Part shown: positions 43,887-51,748 of the stretch, piece by piece
Numbering within the stretch: position 1 is the first letter of the stretch
Layout: each line of letters opens with the position of its first letter
From: an uncultured Gemmatimonadales bacterium
Lineage (GTDB): Bacteria > Gemmatimonadota > Gemmatimonadetes > Gemmatimonadales > GWC2-71-9
Length of the DNA: 64,000 nt
Direction of reading: 5' to 3'
Assembly: GCA_963730185.1 (NCBI GenBank)
Contig: CAVSQW010000015.1
Location: 32,001-96,000, forward strand
Made by a program: the position numbers and the translations under genes
The notes under the pieces: generated by a model
The model's input: only the letters and a program-made list of their open reading frames with translations
Told to the model about the DNA's origin: nothing
Database searches by the model: none

Positions 43887-45143
43887 ATGCCCCGCATGGC
43901 GCGATTTCCTGGGTCGTGGCTCGTGGTGCTGGCGGCCACCGCCTGCACCGGGAGCACCGAAATTGTCACCCCGCCGCCCCCGCCGGCGAGCGGGTTCACG
44001 TTGCGATTCGTGCCGGAGCCGGAGGACGGGGCGACGGCCGGGGCGCTCGGGTGGGGTAGCGGGTTACCGGGGCTGGCGGTGACGCTGACGCCGGCGGACT
44101 CGAGTCGGCCGGCGCGGGCCTTCACGAGCGAAGGGGACGGGACGGTGGCGATCCCGGACCTGGTGGCGGGGGACTACATCGTGGAGGCGAGCCGGTGGCT
44201 GACGGCGGCGGAGCGGGCGGAGCTGGCGGGCGGGGACGATGGGGACGGGTTCGCGACCCGGACGGTGCTCCGGACGGGGACGGGGGTGGGCAGTACGACG
44301 ATCGGGGTGCCGGCCAGCCGGCGGCGGTCGCTCGTGATCAGTGAGTGGGCGTTCAACGTGGGCTCCACGCCGGGTCTAGGTGGGTATTACACCGGCGGCT
44401 TCCTCGAGCTCTACAACAACAGTGACACGACCATCTATCTCGATGGCATGGTGGTGGCGCGAGGCCTCAACCTCGAGTTGGACTATCCGCTCTATCCCTG
44501 CAACGGGCCATACTACGCGTTCACGGCCGACCCGGCCGGTATCTGGACCCTAGGGTATCAAGTCTTTCCGGGGACCGGCCACGACTACGCCATCACGGCG
44601 GGCCAGGCTATCGTGATCGCGACGGACGCGATCGACCACCGGCCATTCTATCCAGGGGCGCTCGACCTGAGTCACGCGGATTTTGAGTTCGCTGGCAGCG
44701 CGGATCCGGACAACCCCTCCGTCCCCAACATGGTGAACACAGGATACGATCGCGACCTGTCGGGACATGGGCTGTTCTGGCAGGACCTTGGTGCGATCGC
44801 CGTGGTTGCGTTGCCCCTCGACACGACATCGCTGGTAAAGGCCATCTACCCTGGCCCTGGCACGTTCGCCCATCCGCGGATCCCTCGATCGAGGATTCTC
44901 GATGTCGTGGCGATGCGTGCGAGCCAGAGCTTTGACTATCCGCCATGCGCGACGATCATCAACCCAGAGTTCGATCACGAACCATTCCGGGGGCGGGGGG
45001 GAGATGTGGCGGCCGAGTTCCTGTATTCGGTGTCGAGACGGCCCACGGGCCTCCTCAGCGGTGGGCACCCAATTCTCCAGGATACCAGGACGGGAGAGGC
45101 GGATCTCCTTCGAACTGCCCGAACCCCGGGGCTGGTGCCATAG
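43887..45143 (+). CDS. DUF4876-like lipoprotein, copy 4 (D4)
   Basis: Same constant N-terminus; the C-terminal domain is closest to D1 (ELDYPLYPC, GIWTLGYQVFPG, GLFWQDLGAIAVVA, AEFLYSVSRR shared). Confidence 0.8.
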   Translation: MPRMARFPGSWLVVLAATACTGSTEIVTPPPPPASGFTLRFVPEPEDGATAGALGWGSGLPGLAVTLTPADSSRPARAFTSEGDGTVAIPDLVAGDYIVEASRWLTAAERAELAGGDDGDGFATRTVLRTGTGVGSTTIGVPASRRRSLVISEWAFNVGSTPGLGGYYTGGFLELYNNSDTTIYLDGMVVARGLNLELDYPLYPCNGPYYAFTADPAGIWTLGYQVFPGTGHDYAITAGQAIVIATDAIDHRPFYPGALDLSHADFEFAGSADPDNPSVPNMVNTGYDRDLSGHGLFWQDLGAIAVVALPLDTTSLVKAIYPGPGTFAHPRIPRSRILDVVAMRASQSFDYPPCATIINPEFDHEPFRGRGGDVAAEFLYSVSRRPTGLLSGGHPILQDTRTGEADLLRTARTPGLVP

Positions 45144-45211
45144 AGATCACAGAGGAGAAGCACCGGGCCGACCTGATGGGGTTCCGGCCGGCTCGGCGCT
45201 CTACTCGGAAA

Positions 45212-45460
45212 TCAGAAGAGGCAACGGCAGCAGCCGTTGGTCGACCCCCACTGCGACTCCACGTCCGGGTCATGGACAGCGACGCACGCTGCGTGACACG
45301 TTGCTGCGTCCGGCTGCTGCCCGAGCCAATTCCAGCCGTCGTCGGGGCAGGTCAGCGCATTGGCCGGCGTGGCAACCGCCACCACCCCTCCGAACGCCAG
45401 CGCCCCCGCCACCGCCAACCCGAACCCCCATCCGCCGATTTTCGTCATGCTGCGTGACAT
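45212..45460 (-). CDS. Secreted six-cysteine peptide precursor, copy 4 (p4, 82 aa)
   Basis: RBS CAGGAGGA; mature LTCPDDGWNWLGQQPDAATCHAACVAVHDPDVESQWGSTNGCCRCLF. Confidence 0.85.
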   Translation of the reverse strand: MSRSMTKIGGWGFGLAVAGALAFGGVVAVATPANALTCPDDGWNWLGQQPDAATCHAACVAVHDPDVESQWGSTNGCCRCLF

Positions 45461-45510
45461 GATGTCCTCCTGACTTGAAAGACGGCAGGCGCCACCGCGA
45501 CCCGAGGTAG

Positions 45511-46161
45511 TCACGGTCGGACGCCCGCGGAAGTAGTCGTACGCGCTTGGGGACGCCTGGCCGCCGAGTCGGCGGGCGGCGGATCCCACGCTCCGAAGTC
45601 GCCCCGCAGGGCGGCGTAGACCGAGTCGAGCACCGGCCCCGGTTCCAGCCGGCCGGTGCGGGCAAAGACGATCTCGCCCCAGTGGTTCAGGACCAGGGTC
45701 TGGGGCACGGCGCGGGCCCGGGCGAGCTGGGCGGTTTTCCAGTCAGGGAAGGTGGCCACCGGGTAGGTCAGGGCGTGCTCAGCCGCGTAGCGCTGGACCT
45801 TCCCGAGTGAATCCAGGCCGAGACCGAGGATCGGCGTCGAAGGCCAGCCGGCCCGGGTCGAGTCGGCCAGCGCGGCCCAGACCGGCAGGGTGGCGCGGCA
45901 GTAGGGACAGGTGGTGGTGAAGACGAAGACCAGTTGGCGGGCCGCGGTGTCGGCCAAGGCGCCGACGGTGGCCGAATCGCCGGCCAGCGTCGCAGCCCGG
46001 AAGGTCGGCAGAGCGTAGCCTCGATAGGGAAGGCCGGCTTTGGCCTTGAGCTCCAGGTACGCCCGATTCAGCGTCACCTGCCGGCGGGCCAGCACCACGA
46101 CCAGGCCGGAGGCGACGAGCAGGGCGCCGCCCAGGAGGGCGGAAATCGATCGGGTTGCCAT
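45511..46161 (-). CDS. TlpA/ResA-like membrane-anchored thioredoxin, copy B (intact, 216 aa)
   Basis: N-terminal TM helix, LPTF.A.TLAG, VFVFTTTCPYC, cis-Pro loop AVPQTLVL; ends 50 bp upstream of p4 on the same strand. Confidence 0.85.
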   Translation of the reverse strand: MATRSISALLGGALLVASGLVVVLARRQVTLNRAYLELKAKAGLPYRGYALPTFRAATLAGDSATVGALADTAARQLVFVFTTTCPYCRATLPVWAALADSTRAGWPSTPILGLGLDSLGKVQRYAAEHALTYPVATFPDWKTAQLARARAVPQTLVLNHWGEIVFARTGRLEPGPVLDSVYAALRGDFGAWDPPPADSAARRPQARTTTSAGVRP

Positions 46162-46389
46162 CGCGACGCTCGTGAGGGGGAGGGCCCCTCCACGATAACA
46201 CGCGCCGCCTCCTGCCATAGAGCGCCAAGCGAGCCAGAAATGGTACCGGTTCAGGCCACCAGAGCCCCGATGACGGGAAGTCGGGCATAGGGTCGTTCGG
46301 CCCCATTGAGGCGTCGAGCGGACGCCGGTTATGCTGAGACGGATACCTCGGACCTGGTGCCTATTTCGGATCAGTCGTTGTCGAAAATC

Positions 46390-46640
46390 CCGCGCCACCT
46401 CGACGAGGCGGCCGACCAAGTCGTTGCCTCCCTGGAGCCCCTGCCCCAGGAGGTGCGTGACTTGATCCGGGTTGCTGGTGGCGGCGTTTCTCCTCATCTT
46501 TGAGCGGGTCACGGTCGAGCATGCCGCCGATGGAGCGGGGTTCGGCCGGGCCGCGACCCTTCGCCATCACATGAAAGCCCACTTCCGCCGACTGCCGTCG
46601 GCCCTCCGCGTCGGAGGCACGGCCGCGTGGCGCGACCTGC
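46390..46640 (+). pseudogene. Remnant of an AraC-like regulator running into the TonB receptor ORF
   Basis: LLVAAFLLIFERVTVEHAADGAGFGRAATLRHHMKAHFRRLPSALR resembles the second AraC HTH (compare 32345-33130); no intact N-terminus. Confidence 0.5.
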
Positions 46641-49432
46641 TTCGACAGCTGCCTCGGCTGGGCCGCCGCGGTACGCTGGCGGCGCTCGCCTGCGTCATGC
46701 TGGGCCGCGAGGCGCGGGCCCAGGCGGCCGAGGGCGGAGCGGTGATCGCCGGCCGGGTCACCGACGCGGTGACCGACGCGCCGCTCGCCGGGGCCACGGT
46801 GGCGCTGGAGGGCGGCGCGCTGGCCGCGACCAGCGGGGCCGACGGGCGCTACCGGCTGGCGGGGGCGCCGCCTGGTCCGGCGGTGCTCCGGGTGGTCCGG
46901 ATCGGCTACGCGCCGGTTCGCCGGCCGCTGACGGTGCCGCTCTCGGGCACGGTCACGGTGGACGTGGGGCTGGCCCGGAGCGCCCTCAACCTGCCGAACC
47001 TGGTGGTGACCGCCGATCCGGCGGGACGGGCCCGGGGCGAGCTGGGAACGGCGTCGGTGATCGGGAGCGACGCGATCCGGAACCAGACCGCGGCCAGCCT
47101 GGCCGGGGTGCTGGAGCTGGTGCCCGGCACGACCCTCCAGCCGCCCGGGCTCGACGGGGTCCAGCAGTTCTCGCTCCGGTCGGTCCCGATCTCGACCGGC
47201 GGCGGTGCCACCGGCCCGAACGCCCTGGGCCCCTCGGCCCAGAGCCTGGCGTCGTTCGGGACCCAGATCGTGCTGGACGGGGTGCCGGTCTCCAACAACG
47301 CCAACCTCCAGTCGCTAGGTGCCCGTGGCGAGCTAAGCTTCGCCTCGGCGGCCGGCGGCGGGATCGACCTCCGCCGGATCCCGGCGGCCACCCTGGAACG
47401 GGTCGAGGTGATCCGGGGCGTGCCCTCGGCCCGGTTCGGCGATCTGACCCAGGGCGTGGTGCTGGTGGACACCCGGGCCGGCGTGGTGCCGCCCGAGGCC
47501 CGGCTCCGTTTCGACGCCCGGACGGTCGAGGGGACCCTGCTGGGCGGCGCCCGGCTCTTCCCGGGCCAGACCGGCACCGCGAGCGTGAACCTGGCCCGGA
47601 CCCGGCTGGCGCCCGGCACCCGGGACGACGTGGGCTCCCGGATCTCGGGGCAGCTGGCCCACCGGTTCGCCTCCGACCGGCTGACCCTCGACACCCGGAT
47701 CGACGCCTTCCAGGTGCTTCAAGACGAGCCGGCCACGCCGGTCTTCCCCGACGTCGCGGCCCGGAGCCGGGACAACGGGCTCCGGGTGTCGGAGCGGGCC
47801 CGCTACCGGCTGGGGCGGTCGAGCGGGCTCGAGTGGACGGCGGCCTTCGAGGGCGGCCGGCAGCGGTCGTTCACCCAGGCGCCCCGGCTCCGGGGCGCGA
47901 TGCCCTTCACCAACCGGCTCACCGAGGGGACCCAGGACGGCAAGTTCATCGGCGGGGTGTACGTGGCCCGGGTGGACGTGGACGGCGATCCCCGCCAGGT
48001 CTACTCGCGGCTGGAGCTGACCGCGCCGGCCAGGTTCGCCGGGATGGACCACCTGACCCGCACCGGGTTCGAGCTCCGCCGGGAATGGAACGGCGGGCCC
48101 GGGGTCCAGTTCGACGTGGAGTTTCCGCCGCAGGTGGAGTTCAACGGGGTGCAGGGCTACGACCGGCCCCGCCGGTTCGACGCGATCCCGGCGCTGGTGA
48201 CCAGCGCGCTCTATCTGGACGACCGGATGACCCGGGAGCTGGGCGGCACGGTGGTCAACCTCCAGGCCGGTCTCCGGTTGGAGCTGCTGCACGACGGGAG
48301 CACCTGGGCGTCGGGCGTGCGGGACGCGGTGCTGGGCCCCCGGCTGCAGCTGGAAGTGGCCCCGGCCGAGCGGGTCCGGTTTCGGGCGGGGGTGGGGCGG
48401 GTCGCGAAGGTGCCCTCGCTGGCGGAGCTCTTTCCCGGGGCGCAGTACTACGACCTGGTCAACTTCAACTACTACGCCAACGATCCGGCCGAGCGCCGGG
48501 CCATCCTGACCACCCGGATCCTGGACCGGACCAACCCCGACCTCCGGATGATGCGGGCCGACAAGGCCGAGGCGGGCGTCGAGGTGGACCTGGGCGGGGG
48601 CGGGCAGGTGGCGCTGGTGGGATACCTGGACCGGATCCGGAACGGGGTCGGGATCCGCGAGCTGCCGACCTTTCTGCTCCGCGACCGCTACGCCGTGGAC
48701 AGCGCCACCATCGGGACCGGCCGGCCCCCCGACGTGCTGTTGCCGCCCGCGGCCCAGGACACGGTTCCCACCCTGATCGACCAGCCGGCCAACAACCTGG
48801 ATCTCCGGAGCGAGGGGCTCGAGCTGACGGCCATCCTCCCGGAGATCCGCCCGCTCAAGACCCGGATCGACGTCCAGGGCGCCTGGGCCTGGAGCCGGCT
48901 CTACGACGCCGGGGTCCAGTTCAACAGCTCGTTCACCGACTTCCAGCTGACCGAGCACATTCCCCGGGCGCCCTACTGGCAGGCCCTGACCCGGAAGGGG
49001 GAGCGCCTGCTGATCACCACCCGGCTGATCCACCAGCAGCCCAAGGCGGGCCTGGTGATCACCGGGACGGTGCAGGTGACGGTCCGGGAGCTCCGCCAGG
49101 ACGTGGGGGGCACCGACACGCTGTCGTTCGCCGGGTACATCACCCGGGCCGGCGAGCTGGTGCCGGTGGCGCCGGCCGACCGGGCGCTGCCCCAGTACCA
49201 GGATCTCCGCATCGCGCGAACCGGGCTGATCGACCCGCAGAAGGCGTCGCCCGACTGGCTCTTCAGTCTCCAGGTGAGCAAGACCCTGCCGCTCGACGGG
49301 CGGCTGTCTTTCTACGCCTACAACGCGTTCGACCGGATCGGGAGCTACGGGGGGCGGACCACGGTGCCGCGGCTCTATGCGCCGGTGCGGTTCGGGCTCG
49401 AGGTGTCGATGCCGTTGCCGGGCGCCCGTTAG
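46571..49432 (+). CDS. TonB-dependent receptor with N-terminal carboxypeptidase-regulatory-like domain (start uncertain)
   Basis: Signal ending ARAQ; IAGRVTDAVTDAPLAGATV; plug motifs LELVPG, IVLDGVPVSNNAN, ERVEVIRGVPSARFGDLTQGVV; beta-barrel C-terminus FGLEVSM. Confidence 0.9.
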   Translation: MKAHFRRLPSALRVGGTAAWRDLLRQLPRLGRRGTLAALACVMLGREARAQAAEGGAVIAGRVTDAVTDAPLAGATVALEGGALAATSGADGRYRLAGAPPGPAVLRVVRIGYAPVRRPLTVPLSGTVTVDVGLARSALNLPNLVVTADPAGRARGELGTASVIGSDAIRNQTAASLAGVLELVPGTTLQPPGLDGVQQFSLRSVPISTGGGATGPNALGPSAQSLASFGTQIVLDGVPVSNNANLQSLGARGELSFASAAGGGIDLRRIPAATLERVEVIRGVPSARFGDLTQGVVLVDTRAGVVPPEARLRFDARTVEGTLLGGARLFPGQTGTASVNLARTRLAPGTRDDVGSRISGQLAHRFASDRLTLDTRIDAFQVLQDEPATPVFPDVAARSRDNGLRVSERARYRLGRSSGLEWTAAFEGGRQRSFTQAPRLRGAMPFTNRLTEGTQDGKFIGGVYVARVDVDGDPRQVYSRLELTAPARFAGMDHLTRTGFELRREWNGGPGVQFDVEFPPQVEFNGVQGYDRPRRFDAIPALVTSALYLDDRMTRELGGTVVNLQAGLRLELLHDGSTWASGVRDAVLGPRLQLEVAPAERVRFRAGVGRVAKVPSLAELFPGAQYYDLVNFNYYANDPAERRAILTTRILDRTNPDLRMMRADKAEAGVEVDLGGGGQVALVGYLDRIRNGVGIRELPTFLLRDRYAVDSATIGTGRPPDVLLPPAAQDTVPTLIDQPANNLDLRSEGLELTAILPEIRPLKTRIDVQGAWAWSRLYDAGVQFNSSFTDFQLTEHIPRAPYWQALTRKGERLLITTRLIHQQPKAGLVITGTVQVTVRELRQDVGGTDTLSFAGYITRAGELVPVAPADRALPQYQDLRIARTGLIDPQKASPDWLFSLQVSKTLPLDGRLSFYAYNAFDRIGSYGGRTTVPRLYAPVRFGLEVSMPLPGAR

Positions 49433-49974
49433 GCGGGGTCGAGCAGGTGGCCGAGCGAGACGCCGAACGGATGCGCCGCCCCGGCAGGGCGCCACTCGAG
49501 CCGGTCGGTGACCGTGACCGGGAACCGGGCCTCGGGTGTCCAGACCTCCGCCAGGCGGCGATCGGGATCGATGATCCAGTAGAGCGGCACGCCCTGCGCC
49601 TGATAGAGGCGGCGCTTGGTGAAGCGGTCGGCCCGGCGGGTGCTCGGGCTCACGACCTCGACGGCCAGGAGGAGCCGGCTCACATGAGCCCAGGCGGTGA
49701 TGCCGGCCTGCTCGGGCGGGACCACGAAGAGGTCCGGCTGGACCAGCAGGTCGGGCGCCCAGGAGAGGTCGGCCGGCGCGAAGAAGGCTCGCCCCACCGG
49801 CTCCCGCTGGAGGTAAGCATGAACCGCCGCGAAGAGCTCGCTCAGGACTCGCTGGTGCGCGGGACGGGGGGCGGGCGTCACCAAGAGCTCGCCGTGGACC
49901 GTCTCGTAGCGGTTGCCGTCGGCGGGCAAGGCGAGGACCATCTCGGCGGAATAGAACGGAGCGGACATGCCCAT
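49429..49974 (-). CDS. Uma2 family (PD-(D/E)XK) endonuclease-like protein
   Basis: RYE.VHGELLVTPAP...HQ, VQPDLFV, LAVEVVSPST...DR..KRRLY...GVPLYWIIDP. Confidence 0.9.
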   Translation of the reverse strand: MGMSAPFYSAEMVLALPADGNRYETVHGELLVTPAPRPAHQRVLSELFAAVHAYLQREPVGRAFFAPADLSWAPDLLVQPDLFVVPPEQAGITAWAHVSRLLLAVEVVSPSTRRADRFTKRRLYQAQGVPLYWIIDPDRRLAEVWTPEARFPVTVTDRLEWRPAGAAHPFGVSLGHLLDPA

Positions 49975-50013
49975 AAGCTCGGCTCGGCTGGGGGGAAAAG
50001 GCAAGGGCACGAC

Positions 50014-51678
50014 ATGACCGCAAGCTGGTCAGGGTGGGCCGCGAGAACACAACCAAAAAAGCGCATAGCGGCGCCGGTGATTGCCGGCCTGGCCGTCGCC
50101 TGGCTCGGGCTCGGCGGACCGCTCGCCGCCCAGTCGATCGGTCTGGCGCCCGAGCACGACCTGCCGGCCTGGCTCGACCGGTGGAGCGTGCTGGCGCCCC
50201 GGGCCGATCTGCCCCGGCACTTTCCCACCGCCGGTTCGGCGCTCCCGGCGGGGCTCTTTCCGGCGACCACCATCGGGCTCTTCTGGACGGCGGCCAACCC
50301 GGCCGGTCTGGCTGGGGCGGTGGACAGCGCCTGGACCGAGTTCCGGGCCGCGGCGGCGGGCAGCCGGGGTGCGTTCCGGCGGCCGCTCGATCCGGGGGGC
50401 ACGCGGCTTCGGCAGATATCGGCGACCTCGTGGCGACCGCTGACCGACCGAGTCACCATGCTGGGCCGGGTGGTGCTCGACCAGGAGCGGTTCGATCCCG
50501 GGAGCCAGGCCGACGAGAGCGAGCCCTACCCGACCAGCCCGTTCGTCACCACCGACAGCAGCACCAGCCCCACCCGCCGGACCCGAGCCCGGCTGGAGGG
50601 CGTGGCGGCCTGGCGGCTCGGGGCCTGGGCGTTAGGCGCCGACCTGGGCTACGAGACCAACGAGCGGCGGACCATCGAGGCCGGGTTCGCCCGACTGACC
50701 CGCCAGACGATGCCGGGCGTGGCGCTGGGGGTGACCCGGACCGCGGGCGGACTGACGGTCGGGCTGGTGGGCCGCTACCGGAACCGGGCCGAGACGATCG
50801 ACCTGACCGAGCGGGCCGCCGAGGGGCAGGTGGTGGACCTGGCCGGGTACCAGGGGGTGACGCCGATCAGTGTGAACCAGAGCTACTATCGGCGGATCGA
50901 CGAGGACGTCCCCTCGGCCAGCCTCGGCCTGAGCGGCGCGGGGCTGGGCGGCCGCTGGGTGGCGTTCGTCGAGGTGTCGCGCCTCCGCGAGCGGCGGACC
51001 CGGCAGCAGCAGGACCAGCCCGCCTACGACCGGTGGAACGCCGGCGCCTGGACCGCGGGCGCCGCCTACCAGCGCGGCCTGGGCCGCTCCGGCCGGTGGC
51101 GGCTGACCCTGGACGGCCGCTTCACCGCCCTCACCGGCGACGGCGACCTGGCGCTCGACTCGGCCGGCACGGTCTTCACCGCGACCGAGCGGGCCTTCGA
51201 GGGGCGGGCCGAGCTCCGCCGGCTCCGCTCGGCGGGCGGCTGGTCGGGGCTGATCGCGGTGAAGTCGCGCTACGAGAACCGGGTCCGGAACGACTCGATC
51301 GCGGTGATCGGATCGAAGATCCAGACCGCCGGCCTGGGCGTGGAGCTGGAGCTGGGCCACCCATTGGCCCCTGGCGTGGCATTCCTCGCCTCGGGCGGGC
51401 TGGTGAGTCAGGCGTCGAGCGCCGCGATCCCGGCGCCGCTGGTGCAAGGCGCCGTTTACCAGCGGCTGATCGCCCCGGAGCTCGACTTCTACGCCCGCGA
51501 CCTGACCCCCTGGTCGGCCGGCCTCGCGCTCCGCTGGCAGGCGAGTGCCCGAACCGCCCTCTGGCTGGCCGGGCACGCCGAGGGGGTGAGCCCCCGCGGT
51601 CCGATGGGGCCGACCGGCTACACCGGCTCGGCGGGGCGATCGGCGTCGAGTGTCGTGCTCGGGGTCGTGCTTCGCTGA
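50014..51678 (+). CDS. Outer-membrane beta-barrel protein (DUF6850-like)
   Basis: Signal peptide ending LAAQ; NPAGL, G.FRRP, PF...DS motifs and alternating beta-strand pattern. The family label is from memory of TonB/DUF4876 loci. Confidence 0.65.
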   Translation: MTASWSGWAARTQPKKRIAAPVIAGLAVAWLGLGGPLAAQSIGLAPEHDLPAWLDRWSVLAPRADLPRHFPTAGSALPAGLFPATTIGLFWTAANPAGLAGAVDSAWTEFRAAAAGSRGAFRRPLDPGGTRLRQISATSWRPLTDRVTMLGRVVLDQERFDPGSQADESEPYPTSPFVTTDSSTSPTRRTRARLEGVAAWRLGAWALGADLGYETNERRTIEAGFARLTRQTMPGVALGVTRTAGGLTVGLVGRYRNRAETIDLTERAAEGQVVDLAGYQGVTPISVNQSYYRRIDEDVPSASLGLSGAGLGGRWVAFVEVSRLRERRTRQQQDQPAYDRWNAGAWTAGAAYQRGLGRSGRWRLTLDGRFTALTGDGDLALDSAGTVFTATERAFEGRAELRRLRSAGGWSGLIAVKSRYENRVRNDSIAVIGSKIQTAGLGVELELGHPLAPGVAFLASGGLVSQASSAAIPAPLVQGAVYQRLIAPELDFYARDLTPWSAGLALRWQASARTALWLAGHAEGVSPRGPMGPTGYTGSAGRSASSVVLGVVLR

Positions 51679-51748
51679 CGTTCGTTCCGGTTGGGGGCGG
51701 TGTACTTGGCCAGGTTGGAGGTTGTGGCCGGGTGATGGCAACCGCTTT

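Noticed and set aside
38171..46161. Enzymatically modified RiPP cluster (lanthipeptide, ranthipeptide, sactipeptide)
   Set aside because: The peptides have Sec-type signals, not double-glycine or RRE leaders, and there is no radical SAM, LanM, YcaO or peptidase-ABC gene nearby; disulfides are the simpler reading.
36790..46430. Diversity-generating retroelement or shufflon behind the lipoprotein variation
   Set aside because: No reverse transcriptase, template/variable repeat pair, adenine-specific differences or site-specific recombinase in the window; all units keep the same orientation.
36790..46430. Integron cassette array
   Set aside because: No integrase and no attC-like GTTRRRY/RYYYAAC ends seen; the repeats are long coding homologies.
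46627..50013. 1683-aa ORF 46627..51678 as one giant protein
   Set aside because: The first ~1130 codons are an off-frame shadow of the TonB receptor and Uma2 genes; only 50014-51678 is protein-like.
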